A DNA stretch of 64,000 bases from Felis catus (Eukaryota): assembly GCF_018350175.1 (NCBI RefSeq), contig NC_058368.1, forward strand, positions 207,764,001 to 207,828,000, read 5' to 3'. A program made the position numbers and the translations under genes. Below the pieces are notes generated by a model. The model made no database searches and was not told the origin of the DNA. It saw only the letters and a list, made by a program, of their open reading frames with translations. How positions within the stretch are numbered: position 1 is the stretch's first letter; each line of letters opens with the position of its first letter. Positions 26,817 through 38,922 of the stretch are shown here, in pieces.

Positions 26817-27037
26817 TAAAAAAAATTTTTTTTTTTAACTTTTATTCATTTTTGAGAGACAGAAAGAGACAGAGCATGAGCGGGAAAGGGGCAGGGAGAG
26901 GGAGACACAGAATCTGAAACAGGCTCCAGGCTCTGAGCTGTCAGCGCAGAGCCCAGTGCGGGGCCCGAACTCACAAACTGAGATCATGACCTGAGCCAAA
27001 GTCGGAGGCTCAACCGACTGAGCCACCCAGGTGCCCC
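26817..27037 (-). mobile_element. CAN-SINE
   Basis: TSD gatctccagtac 26804-26815/27039-27050. Confidence 0.94.
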
Positions 27038-27398
27038 GGATCTCCAGTACATTTTAATTGTTATCCTGTTGTTCTTACTGATACTTCTTAATTATCAAAT
27101 GTAATTAATCAAAGCTAATGATGGAAAATACATGGATTTCTACTATTTAAGCTCCTAAATTAAATCTGAAATTCATAGAACAAGAGCTCTTAATTATTCC
27201 TAAGAACAAGGAACAGTTATCTCTAGACCTCCCTTAAGATAGAGTGTGCTGATGGTAGACTTTATTTTCTCAAGCCCACCGACAGACACATAATGTTATA
27301 ATCTCAAGAGCCATCTTTTTGGTGTGCTTAGGAATTAAAAAATATATATAGTCTGTGCCTACTGCCATAAAGTATTTACTGGTTTAAACCAGTGATTC

Positions 27399-27619
27399 TT
27401 TTTTTTTAAGTTTATTTATTTGCTTCGAGAGAGAAAGACAGTGAGTGCACACATGCATGAGCGGGGGAGGGGCAGAGAGGAGGAGAAACAGAATCCCAGG
27501 TAGGCTCAGCACCATCAGCACAGAGCCAGTGTGCTGCATGAGCTCACAAACTGTGAGATCGTGACCTGAGCCAAGATCAAGAGTCAGATGCGTAACCAAC
27601 TCTGCCACCCGGGTACCCC
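27399..27619 (-). mobile_element. older CAN-SINE
   Basis: degenerate TSD aaaccagtgattc/aagccaatgattc. Confidence 0.9.
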
Positions 27620-27944
27620 TAAGCCAATGATTCCTTGAGAGGGGTGGAACCAGGTAGGCAGAGAGGAATAATTGTAGAGGTGTATGTGATACACCTTGAA
27701 AAAAGCATATTTAATTTCCCATTGCTTATATAAAACTACAGAAAGTAGGACAAAATAACATTTTCTTGATTTTTAAGAATATACCAAGCAGCACAGATTA
27801 CTGAAGTTCCATATTACAGTGAATGATTTTTATATATGTAAAATGACTAGTAGTTTTGCTTATTTCAAATTAAGGAAGAATTTGGTACCATAGTTTTATG
27901 TGTATTTGAAACTCATGCAGCAAAACTTTTTTGTTTTCCTGCAG

Positions 27945-28076
27945 TTTGCGGTTAGCTTTATTGAATGAAGCAAAAGAAGTGCGGGCAGCAGGGCTGCGAG
28001 CTCTTCGATATCTCATCCAAGACTCCAGTATTCTGCAGAAGGTGCTAAAATTGAAAGTGGACTATTTAATAGCAAG
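27945..28076 (+). CDS. RICTOR: RICTOR exon 5 (132 nt)
   Basis: cctgcag|TTTGCGG...GCAAG|gtaatt; LRLALLNEAKEVRAAGLRALRYLIQDSSILQKVLKLKVDYLIA(R). Confidence 0.97.
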
Positions 28077-28530
28077 GTAATTTTACGAGAGCTGTGTGTT
28101 TTTTTTTTTTTAATTATGTATTAAGTTTTAACATGCATATCATGAAGTGTACAAATCTTTAGTGTAAAACCTGATAATTTTTATAAATATATACAAACTA
28201 GTACCCCATTATCCTAAATAAGAGAATTATTTTCAGCATCCCAGTCAAGTTCCCTTGTGTCTGCAACCAATACTAAACATTATTCTGCTTTTTCTCATTG
28301 TAAACCAGTTTTCCCTGTTCTTGAGCATCATATATTGGAAAATTACATAGTTACTCTTTTCTTTCCTCAGTGTTACTTGTGAGATTTATCCAGGTTGGTT
28401 TTTATTTTAAAGGCTGTGTAATATTTCATGTTATGAATAGACTGTAGTTCATTTTTTCCATTCTATTGGTGATTTTCTGGGTTGTTATCAGTACTTGGCT
28501 GTTTTGGGTAAAGCTGCCCTGAACATTCTT

Positions 28531-28742
28531 TTTCTTCTTTTTTGTTTGTTTTGTTTTTGAGAGAGAGAGAGAAAGCACATGCTTGCACGGGGGAGAGGCA
28601 GAGAGAGGGAGAGAGAGAATCCCAAACAGGTTCCACAGGCTCCATGCTGTCAGCCCAGAGCCCCATGCAGGGCTTGATCTCAGGAACCGTGAGATCGGGA
28701 CCTGAGGTGAAATCAAGAGTTGGGTGCTTAACCTATTGAGCG
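28531..28742 (-). mobile_element. CAN-SINE, slightly 5'-truncated
   Basis: TSD cctgaacattctt 28518-28530/28743-28755. Confidence 0.9.
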
Positions 28743-28989
28743 CCTGAACATTCTTATAGGTGGACATATGCACTACTTTCTCTTAGGTATGTGTAGGAAC
28801 TGCTGGATCATAGGTTTATGTCTAGTTAGCTTTCCTAAATACTGCCATTTTTCCATAGTGATTGAACTGATTTATATTCCTACCAGTGATGTTGGAAAGT
28901 TCCAGTCTCTCAACATTTTCATCAGCACTTGCCTTCAGTTTTTACTTCTAGACTTTCTGCTGTAGAGTTTATTTTGAGTTTCCTTGTGG

Positions 28990-29175
28990 GTTTTGTTTTT
29001 TGGGGTTTTTTTGTTTGTTTGTTTGTTTGTTTTTTTAGTTTATTTAGTTTTTTAGAGAGAAAGGCTCTGTCAGTGCAGAGCCTGATACAGAGCTCAAACT
29101 CCTGAACCATGAGATCATGACCTGAGCTGAAATCAAGAGTCAGATGCTTAACTAACTGAGCCACCCAGGCGCTCC
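28990..29175 (-). mobile_element. CAN-SINE with internal deletion
   Basis: TSD gagtttccttgtgg 28976-28989/29176-29189; CT region largely missing. Confidence 0.9.
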
Positions 29176-30098
29176 GAGTTTCCTTGTGGTTTTAGTTTGC
29201 ATTTCCCTAATGAGGAATGATGTTAAGCACCTTTCATTTGTTTGTTGGCTATTTGGACATCCTTGTCTTTTGCTCATTTGTATATTGAATTGTCTGTCTG
29301 TCTCATTATATAGGTGTTCTTGATGTTCTGGATATGATTCCTTTCAGCAGGAGTATGTATTGACAGTATCTTCTCCAAGTCCGTCTGTTTTGCCTTTTGT
29401 CTCTTCCTAAATAATAGAATCTGATTTTATAGTTAATGTTCTTGTACTCTTAGAAGATACTATGCTATGTTTTCCCTGAAAGGTTTTATTCCTTTGTATG
29501 TTTAATTAGGCGTCAGGTCATGATTCATTTTTATGGATATGCAGTACATTTTAGCAGCATTTATTAAAGAGATTTTCTTCTCTTGTCTAGAGTAGTGACA
29601 CTTCTGTTGTAAACCAGATAACTGATAGTTACGGATCTGTTTTTACATTCCCTAGTCTCTTTAGTTAGTCTGTCTGTCTGTTCTTGCCCTTGTTTCTCAC
29701 TGTTTTAATGACTGCAGCTTGATATGTGTTAATATCTGTTGGTGTAAGTCCTCCAACTTTTCTTCAAGACTGTGTTGCCTATTTTATGTCCTGTATTTTC
29801 ATATAAATTTTAGAACCAACTTGTCCATTTCCTTAAAACATTCTAGCATTTTAGTGGTAATTGCACTGAAGTTTTAGATTAATTTGGGGTGAATTGATAT
29901 CTTAATATTGCATACTCTAAACTTTCATTTACTTGGAACTGTAATGTCTCTCAACAGTATTTTGTAGTTTTCTGTGCAGAGGTCTTGCACATATTTGTTT
30001 TGTTTATTCTAAGGTACTTTTTAATGATAGTGTTAATGTAAGTTAAATTTTTTCTTTCTCATATTTTTTGCTGCTAATATATGAAAAATAATTGTGAG

Positions 30099-30292
30099 TT
30101 TATTTTTGGGACAGAGAGAGACAGAGCATGAACGGGGGAGGGGCAGAGAGAGAGGGAGACACAGAATCGGAAACAGGCTCCAGGCTCTGAACCATCAGCC
30201 CAGAGCCTGACGCGGGGCTCGAACTCACGGACCGCGAGATCGTGACCTGGCTGAAGTCGGACGCTTAACCGACTGCGCCACCCAGGCGCCCC
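30099..30292 (-). mobile_element. young SINEC_Fc lacking poly(A) tail and TSD
   Basis: near-consensus CpG-rich body; tail ends abruptly at attgtgag|tttatttttggg. Confidence 0.94.
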
Positions 30293-33200
30293 ATGTCCTT
30301 TTTAAATATTAACTGAATTTGGTTTGATAATATTTTGTGGAAGATTTTTGTAGTTCATGAATGGTATTGGCTTATATTTTTCCATTCTTCTAATGTCCTA
30401 GTTTAGTTTTGGAACCAAGAAGTTGTTTTTTGTTTTTTTGTTTTGTAAAACAACTAGGGAAGTGTTGCCCTATTTTTATGTTCCCTAGAAGACTTTATGT
30501 AAGATGGATACTGTTATTGTTGTTGGTTTTTTTCCCCCAGAATTTACCAGTGAATCTAGGCAGAGGGTTTTCTTTAAGTAGTTTTAAGATTACGGATTCA
30601 ATTTCTTTAACACTTATAGTACTATTCAGATTTTCTCCTCCTTTTGCCAATCATTTATATATTTTGGACCATTCATATTTAGAATTGTTAAACCTTCACA
30701 TTGGGCTAATACTTTTATAGTTATGAAATGTCCCTCTTTATTCCTAGGAGTACATCTTTTATGAGGGTTCATGTTACCTCATAGTAATATGGCTATCCTC
30801 ACTTTGATTTAGGGTTTGCAAGATGCATCCTTTACCATCCTTTTACTTTGTTATTTTTGTCTTTACATTTAAATTTTCTCACCTGTAAACACCATATAGG
30901 TTTTTTGTTTGTTTTTAAATCTAGTTTGATTATCTTATCTTTGTCTTCTAATTGGAACATCTAGACTGTCTAGTGTATTTTAATATGCATGGTCTGTGGA
31001 CTTTATGCAATGTAATTATATAAATATATATATTTATTTATTTATGAGTTTTTCTTGGTGTTAATTTTCTCATACATTTGAGTTTGTTTGCTATGTTGAG
31101 TTTGTCACACTGGTTCTTTGTTTTTGTGTTCCTCCTTTTTGTTTCTTTTGCAATAGCGCACAATTTCTTTTCCTCTTCTATTAATATCTTGGTTATAAAG
31201 TCTTCACTTAGCAGTTGCCCTAGAGATTACAACTCATATCCTTGATATTCAGTTTTAGCGTTTTATTACAACCAGAACAATGCAGGAAACCTCTAATGGT
31301 TTCTGTCATCTCCCTTCTGCTCTTTGTATTACTGTTATAGTTTTTATTCCTACATATTTGTAACCCTACAAAACCCTACTGTTTTAAACTGGAACTGTTG
31401 ACATTTACCTACATTATTTACTCATTCTGATGTCATTTTTTCTTGTATTTGCACATTTTCATTCATCTTGCATCACTTTCTGTTTGATGAATTTCCTTTA
31501 CTGTTTCTTGTAATGCAGGTCTTCTTGAGATGAATTCTCTCTCATCTTTTATTTGTCTGTAAATGTTTCTCTTTTTGCCTTCATATTTGAAGGCTATTTT
31601 TGTGACTGGTTCCTCTTTTCAATACTTTAAGTTACTGTCTTCTGGATTTTTTTTTTTAACTTGAACAGTAAGTAGTCTCTTGTTGATATTTTGTAAGTGA
31701 TACATCTTTTTCTTTGGCTATTTAAAAGGTTTTCTTCTCTTCTGTTCTTTCTTCTCCCATGTCTGGGAGAAGTGTTGGATCTGTTCAGTGTGCCACAGGT
31801 CTCTGATGTCCTTACTGTATTTTCAACTTCTGTTGTAAATCTCTGTGCTTTAAGTGTGGTTACTTTCTACTCACCTGTTTTGTTTGTTATTTTTTTTAAC
31901 TCTGTCCTGCTTAGTAAATCAGTCTCTTGAATTTTTAATTTCTGTTACTGTGTTTCTATGATTTGTTTTACTCTTATTTAAAGATTCTAGGTCGCTGCTT
32001 TATTTCTCCATGTTTCCTTCTATTTACTTTGACCATATTTATCATAGGCATCTATAGCCTTCTTAGGACAACAACAATATGTGAATCACCAGTGTTCTAT
32101 TTTGGTTGTAATTTTCTTTTCTTGGATTTTGGTGACTTGGCCTTTTGTTTTGTTTTAAAGCATACTTCATATTATTATATGATTGAATGTAAAAATTATG
32201 TATTCAGGATATCTGCCTTTGGATCATGCTGTTTTCCTCTTAAGACACTTGAGCTTTATTCTAGAATGTTGGCTTATCACACTGATTTCGTTAAAGTTTA
32301 CTTTTAGCTTTGCCTTTGCTCTATGGAGTGGCTATATTTGGGATCTCAAGTAATAGTTGTAGATGTTTAGCAGAACCTCTTCACCTTGACCAGCCTTGAG
32401 TCCTACTATCTATTGTAGAGAATTATGCACCTGCCGAAATTTCTGCTTAATTCCTTAGCTTTGCAGCAGTAGCTTTTTGTTTGGTTTCTTGGATTTTTAC
32501 CCTGCTTCCACACAACATAGGAATTGATAGGTGCCTTGGAGAGGAGATTGCATGAAGATTTGCATTCACTTTCCTATGTTTTCTTTCCTCTGGGATTTTT
32601 CCCCTTAAGTCACAGCCACATTGGCTGCACCAAAGTTCAACCTGTCACTCCAGTGTTGCAAGACTTCTGTTTTCTGCTAGGACTCTATTTCCCTAAAAGT
32701 GGGGATTGACACGTGCCTCTCGGGACAAAGCCTGGTTGGATGTGGAGCTTGTCCATCTCTTTTCAGAGATTATCATCCATTGCCCTTTTAACAGTTTAAA
32801 AGTATTTTAAAATACTTTTTTAAGGAAGTTTTTTACTTAATCTTTATAGTTGTTTTTGGCTGGAGGGTTGGTCTGATCCAGCTACTTTGTTGTGGCCAGA
32901 AATGAGATTCTGTGTTTATTTACTTTTTAATAAAATTGTCTTAGATTTAATTGTATTCAGATAGAAGAAATGCTTTCTCAGTAGCAAACTATCTATATGT
33001 ATTGATTAGAATAGTGAACTACCGAAACGTAAATAAAAATGAGTTATTCTGCTACATAAACCAATGACTGTTAAGAAATTGAGTAATTTAATAAATTTTA
33101 CAGAGAAATGTTAGATAAGTGATATCTGATTGAGCATTAAGTTTTGAAGTGCACTTAGATATTAAATTATATTTGGAAAAATAGAATTCCTGTGGCTAGT

Positions 33201-33657
33201 ATATGACTTTTAACTTAGTCATAATATATAAAATGTAGGCTCTGGTTAAAAATCACATTTAAACTAAAACATAAGCTGGAAAAGTTTTTCCTTCACAGTT
33301 TTTATAAAATTGTGAATTTTATCAAAGATAGATGAATAATCTTTTTAGTAGATTTCTGATACTTAGCTTTTTTATAAGTTCATTATTTCTCTATCGATGT
33401 ACATAATTCTGTAAATTATTTACTATATTCTTCTTTTCTGGAGTTTTAAATGAAGTAGTTTTGAAATGCTCTATTATAACAAATATCGCTAGAGAGATGT
33501 AAGTTAACTAAATATCTGCTGGTATTGAAAAATCACATGTGTTAAAATTTAAAATACCATATAACATTATGAAGACGGGTCTGATCTGGTGGTATTATAC
33601 AAAAAACTGTTTACTAAGATTTTTTATCAATAATTAAATATTTTGTGTATTATTTAG

Positions 33658-33721
33658 GTGCATTGACATACAGCAGAGCAACGAGGTAGAGAGGACACAA
33701 GCACTTCGATTAGTCAGAAAG
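33658..33721 (+). CDS. RICTOR: RICTOR exon 6 (64 nt)
   Basis: tatttag|GTGCATT...AGAAAG|gtatgc; CIDIQQSNEVERTQALRLVRK. Confidence 0.97.
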
Positions 33722-34322
33722 GTATGCTCTATGTCTGAGAGAAAAGGCAGAGTTTTGGTTTTCATGCTAAATATTTTACATTTTTAGATTTAGACTGTTT
33801 TATGAAATCTTTCTAGAAAAAAGGCTAAATTCTCATTAAACATTTTTGCTTGGTTAAACTTATATGAGGTAAATAGGCCTATTAAACCTAGAGGTAAGCA
33901 TAAATATTTTGTGTGATTATGTGATTGGGTACAGCTAGCACAGTATTTTTTGATAAAATGTTCATTGTAAAGAATACATCAGTCCCCCCTTATTTGCAGT
34001 TTTGATTACCCGAGGTCAAGCTTGGTTTGCCTTCTGCCATATGGTCAGGAGGTCTGTGGTAGCCTAATGTTATGTCACAGTACCTAGAGCATCACCTCAC
34101 ACACGTCCTCACATAGGCATTTTATCATCTTACATCACCACAAGAAGGGGGAGTACAGTCCAATAAGATATTTTGAGAGAGAGACCACAGTCATAAATTT
34201 TATTACAATATATTGTTATAATTGTTCTATTTTATTGCTAGTTAATGTTGCTAATCTCTTGTTGTGCCTAATTTATGATTTAAACTTCATCATAGGTATG
34301 TAGGTACAGTAAAAAACAGTAT

Positions 34323-34360
34323 ACTTGACCCTTGAACAACACGGGTTTAAGCTTCGTGGG

Positions 34361-34398
<38 letters not shown>

Positions 34399-34600
34399 AT
34401 ATATGTATACATATGGATTTTTTCGATAAATACAGTACAGAACTATAAATGCATTATCTTTTCCTTATGATTTTCTTAACAGTGTCTTTGCTCTAGCTTA
34501 TGTTATTGTAAGAACACAGTATATAATACATATAACATACAAAATATGTGTTGATTGATTATGTAAGACTTCCAGTCAAAAGTAGGCTTTTAGTATAGTT
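34323..34600. mobile_element. Tigger2-family MITE, right end missing
   Basis: ttgacccttgaacaacacgggttt left TIR; tattgtaagaa.acagtatataatacatataacatacaaaatatgtgtt. Confidence 0.8.
34363..34394. repeat. (CA)n microsatellite inside Tigger2
   Basis: about 16 units. Confidence 0.95.
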
Positions 34601-35624
34601 TACTTATAAAATTCAGTACCATCTGTGGTTTCAGTCATCCCCTGGGGGTCTTGGAACATATCCCCCATGGATAAGGGGGTAGGGAGGAACTACTGTATTT
34701 CTTCCTGTAATAGACATGTAAATGAAATTACTGCTTTGATATGTTATTGGAGAAAGAGAATTACTTGTTCCCCACTCTGATTTTTGTTACTTGTATGCTT
34801 AGAATTAATACCATTTAAATGCATGTCACAACTAGTTACAAGCTGGTTGTTTTGGAGATGAATTTGGATACAATCCATAGGCAGTTATAATAAGCAGTTC
34901 AGACCATGTTACAGGATAAAAGGTCAAAATCTAAATTCTGCAATAATGTTAAGGATAATCTGTAACACTTCTAATAAGAGGTTTTCAAGGAATTTTTATT
35001 GTTATTTAATGTGATACCCTAATGGCAGAAGAACACCGTGAACTAAGAGTTTTAACTTGGTTAGAAATCAGCTTATGTAAGAATTTTTCATGTTTCATCC
35101 TAGGTACTATGTTTTATCCTAAACATTTATGAGACTCATGCAGTATATAGTTGTTTTAATGTAAAAACATCTAAAATTATTTCAGTTATTTTTAAAACAT
35201 TAAAAATTTTAACCCTTCTCCTCTTTACCCACCTTTGAATTCAGTGCAACATAGAATTTGTACATTAACTAGATCTCCTCTTTCTCCTTTTTCTTCCAAT
35301 TGTCCAGCTTGTAGTTAGTAATGGTACCCACAGGTGAGCATAGTAAGGAAGAAGTAAATGGATGAGTGTCTTAAAAAAAATTCACAATTCTAGTAAGAGT
35401 GATATTGAAGATAGATTACAGTATTTTTTTACAGGTGAACTATTGCATTGGGACTGTGATTTGACTCTTCAAATTTAAATTTAAAAATTAGATGTATGGT
35501 TTTTACTTACTCATACAGTCTCTCCTTCTGCCATGATTTTGAGAATTCAAGAAAACCAAATTTGTTTCTGAAGAACAAAAATAACTTTGGTTATTTGAGT
35601 TGATATATGTCAATATTTGTCATA

Positions 35625-36010
35625 CTAGGAATTATGCATGAGCAATTAAAATATATATTAGCATATTAAAAATAAGCCCATCACATATAAACATTTTTAT
35701 AAAAATAACCATATTTTCCAAAAAGAAACTTAGTGAACACAGTGACATTACTTGAGATCTTTGAAAATCTCTTAAATGTTTGTCTTGCTAGAAGGTAGTA
35801 GCTAGATTGTCATATTTGCCTCTGCACTCAGTCTGTTGTGATTTCACATTCTATGGAGCCTCTGGAAGCTTCAGTATATACTTGTGAGAGATGGAGAGTA
35901 AAAAAGACAAATAAGGTCTTTGTATTATTATGAAAATAGTTTTAACTTCACAGAATCTCTGAAAATATCCTAGAGACCTAGTTTTCTGGACCATTCTTTG
36001 GGAATTGCTG
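35625..36010. mobile_element. hAT-Charlie relic (MER119/Charlie1-like)
   Basis: ttagtgaacacagtgacatt...agcctctggaa...tattattatgaaaatagtttt...ggaccattctttgggaattgctg. Confidence 0.7.
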
Positions 36011-37896
36011 CTCTAAAAATTGTATTCAGAAGAAAAGACAATTCCAGGTAGATTCAAACAGTTAAATTCAGCTTCTCTGAATTATTCAGTAAATATCTTA
36101 TTTCAGTTTTGTAAAAGGTTTTGGCACGTTACAATTTAGTTTATAAAACAGCCCAGTAAAAGTAAACATACCCTTTACAATTTAGTAAGGCTATAAGAAA
36201 AATACTATTTTCTTCTGTTCTGAAATAACAGAGTTATTTAAGGCAGATATCATTGGTGAATCCAAGAGCAGGAAAATTGCTTATACCTGGTGGTAGGATA
36301 CAGGCTCAGAGGAAGAATGATGGCTCAGGGGTCCTCCTTGGTTTAGCTAAAAGCAGATAGAGTTAAAAGGAAAATATGCTTGCTGAGTGAATAGTGGCCA
36401 GTATTGGTTAGAGGAACTGTAATTTCCTTGGTAATTTTAACAACCAAAGTACGTATTTCTTTTTTTTCAGCAACATCTTGGCAACTGACTTAGTAGAAAT
36501 TAATATTAATATTACAATGGCTAGGTCACTGTCGTTTTTTGTATGCATTTTAAAAGTTTAAAAATTTTCTGTATAAGTATTAATCTTCTTTATTTTTAAA
36601 GAAAAGCAAGAAACATTTGTTGTTTTAGGATACCTTGTTCCATGAATAATTAAGCAATATCCATGTTATTTTTCCTTCTCTTTCACCTGTCTCATTCATT
36701 TGGAAGATTTTTTGTTTGCTGGTTCATTTTCAATGTCTCTTGATATTCCCCCCCCTCCCCCCCCCCCCCCCATCCAGGAAATCTTTCCTGGGTTTTGTCT
36801 CACTCATTTTCTATATAATTTTCCTGCTTTTCAGCTGTTCTTATTCTTTATCCAATTGAAATTCTACTCATTGCCTAATTGAAGCCGCAATGAAGCCATC
36901 AATTTTTTTCATGTATTATTTCTTTATTCATGTAATAAGAGATTAACGTATCACAGATTTTTTACAATTGAAAGGGATTCATTTAGGCAAATCACTTGCC
37001 CTTGATACACAGGATTATAAATCCAATAACATCTAGTACAGATTAATTATTCCCACTCCAGGGACCTGTTATTTTGAAATAGTTCATCTACCAAATAGTC
37101 TTTATTTATTAAACAGTAATTAACTACATAATTTATTTTCTTTCTGATTTCCAAACTGAAAATATGTCATCTATTTTCAATATTGCAAATTTGGAATAGA
37201 TTCCAAATCTATTTTCAGTATTCCAATTAAACTTTTCATTTAAAGTAAGATTCATCCAAAAAGTTTTGTCACCAGATACATACTATTTGCACCATAATTC
37301 TTGAAGTATTAAAGATCGATTATGGATTACTAACTTTGCTGTTTGCATAGCAACAAGTGATGGGTAGAGACAAGGAGATTATTAGGCATCTTTGGCAGTA
37401 AAGTGAAAAAGAATGAGGGTCCAGATTAGAGTTTGGTGGGAGAAAGAGTATGCATAATGAGGTAAATTGGTGGAACATACCTTGGTGGTGATTATATGAG
37501 GGGAAGTCAGGAATGTTATAGTACAGCAGTGTGTTGACAACTGTTTACCACTGATTTCCTTCGTCTGGGTTCTGAAATGTTGTGTAAAATACAGTGCCTA
37601 CTCCACAGGAGCTTAGAATCTCAGAAACATTACATCCTGTTAGTTAACTGATTCATAGTCTGAACTATTAGGGGAAAAAAGCCAACATTTTTCCATAGTA
37701 ATGATTATTAATATCTGTTGCATTAATTATTAGATCTAGTAATCCTTTGAAATGTACCCATGAAGAAGAAGATTAAAATTGATGCTTGGATCTTATAAAT
37801 ATTCTATGGTTGTGAACACCTCAATCTGAACATAGTAGGTTTTAAACATGTGTTATGAAATAAATAACTTCTTTTTCTGATTCCTCCCTGTTCCAG

Positions 37897-38023
37897 ATGA
37901 TTACTGTGAATGCTTCCTTGTTTCCTAGCTCTGTGGCCAACTCATTAATAGCAGTTGGAAATGACGGACTTCAAGAAAGAGACAGAATGGTCCGAGCATG
38001 CATTGCCATTATCTGTGAACTAG
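37897..38023 (+). CDS. RICTOR: RICTOR exon 7 (127 nt)
   Basis: ttccag|ATGATT...GAACTAG|gtcaga; MITVNASLFPSSVANSLIAVGNDGLQERDRMVRACIAIICEL. Confidence 0.97.
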
Positions 38024-38420
38024 GTCAGAATTGTCTTCAAGTAATACAAATGAGGCGTTTCAGAAAGTATATATATAAGAATGTAACATTTTTAAATGTG
38101 AACTGGGTCAGAATTTTCTTCAAGTAATACAAATGTAGTGTTTTATTATTTTTTTTTAATTTTTTTTTTAACGTTTATTTATTTTTGAGACAGAGAGAGA
38201 CAGAGCATGAACGGGGGAGGGTCAGAGAGAGGGAGACACAGAATCCGAAACAGGCTCCAGGCCCTGAGCTGTCAGCACAGAGCCCGATGCGGGGCTCGAA
38301 CTTACGGACTGCGAGATCATGACCTGAGCCGAAGTCGGCTGCTTAACCGACTGAGCCACCCAGGCGCCCCAACAAATGGAGTGTTTTAGAAAGAATATAA
38401 GAATATGATATTCTTCAAAT
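38014..38420 (+). repeat. 83-bp tandem duplication spanning the exon-7 donor; copy 2 split by a SINE
   Basis: tgtgaact(a/g)ggtcagaatt(g/t)tcttcaagtaatacaaatg at 38014 and 38097. Confidence 0.9.
38146..38370 (-). mobile_element. SINEC_Fc-type SINE, 122 nt after exon 7
   Basis: 17-bp TSD acaaatg(t/g)agtgtttta 38129-38145/38372-38388. Confidence 0.95.
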
Positions 38421-38922
38421 GCCTTTCATACATGAAATCTTAGTCATTGATACAAAGATATGAAAAATTTAGCTTATCGGATTTTAGGAATTGTCCAAAT
38501 TCCAGTAATTAGAATAAAATCCTTTAAAGTCTGGGTCTCAGACATTAGTTAACCACACTGTATCTTGATGTGAGTTAAAACAACAAACTCCATCATACAT
38601 TAAAGAAGGAAGAAGAATCTAAATGCAGAAGCATTAAAGAGTTAAATGGGGGAAAAAACGGGGTAAAAAATGGATGAATATTTATCTGATCATTGTAAGG
38701 AAGAGGAGTCTTGAATTATCAAAAAAAATCAAACAGATTTCAGCAGCTATAGATTTGATTGTAAGGAGACAAGAAAACATGCAGTACTAGAACAAAGAAA
38801 GAAAGAAAGAAATGGTACAGACATGATTGGCAAATAACTTACTCATATACAGATCAGTAGCAAAAATAAATAATTCTCAAAGAAATACATGGCTAATAAA
38901 CATATTTAAAAAGTTCAGCCTC

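Larger units (their letters stand above)
28110..32900 (-). mobile_element. old L1M/L1ME, antisense, multi-kb, interrupted by three SINEs
   Basis: antisense L1 3'UTR/ORF2 motifs (gtggttttagtttgcatttccctaatga; ttgcactgaa.tttagattaatttgggg; tttggtttgataatattttgt); approximate. Confidence 0.75.
33977..34695. mobile_element. MER44/Tigger7-family element, split by a Tigger2 insertion
   Basis: TIR-like ends ta|catcagtccccccttat... and ...ggataagggg...actactg|ta; internal catcaccacaagaaggg.gagtacagt. Confidence 0.8.

Noticed and set aside
32798..32819. Perfect 22-bp palindrome aaaagtattttaaaatactttt
   Set aside because: AT-rich, lies within old L1 sequence, and is plausible by chance in 64 kb
33722..33730. 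U12-type intron at donors starting gtat (exons 6, 18, 19)
   Set aside because: None matches GTATCCTT; they read gtatgc, gtatgg and gtatgt, ordinary U2 donors
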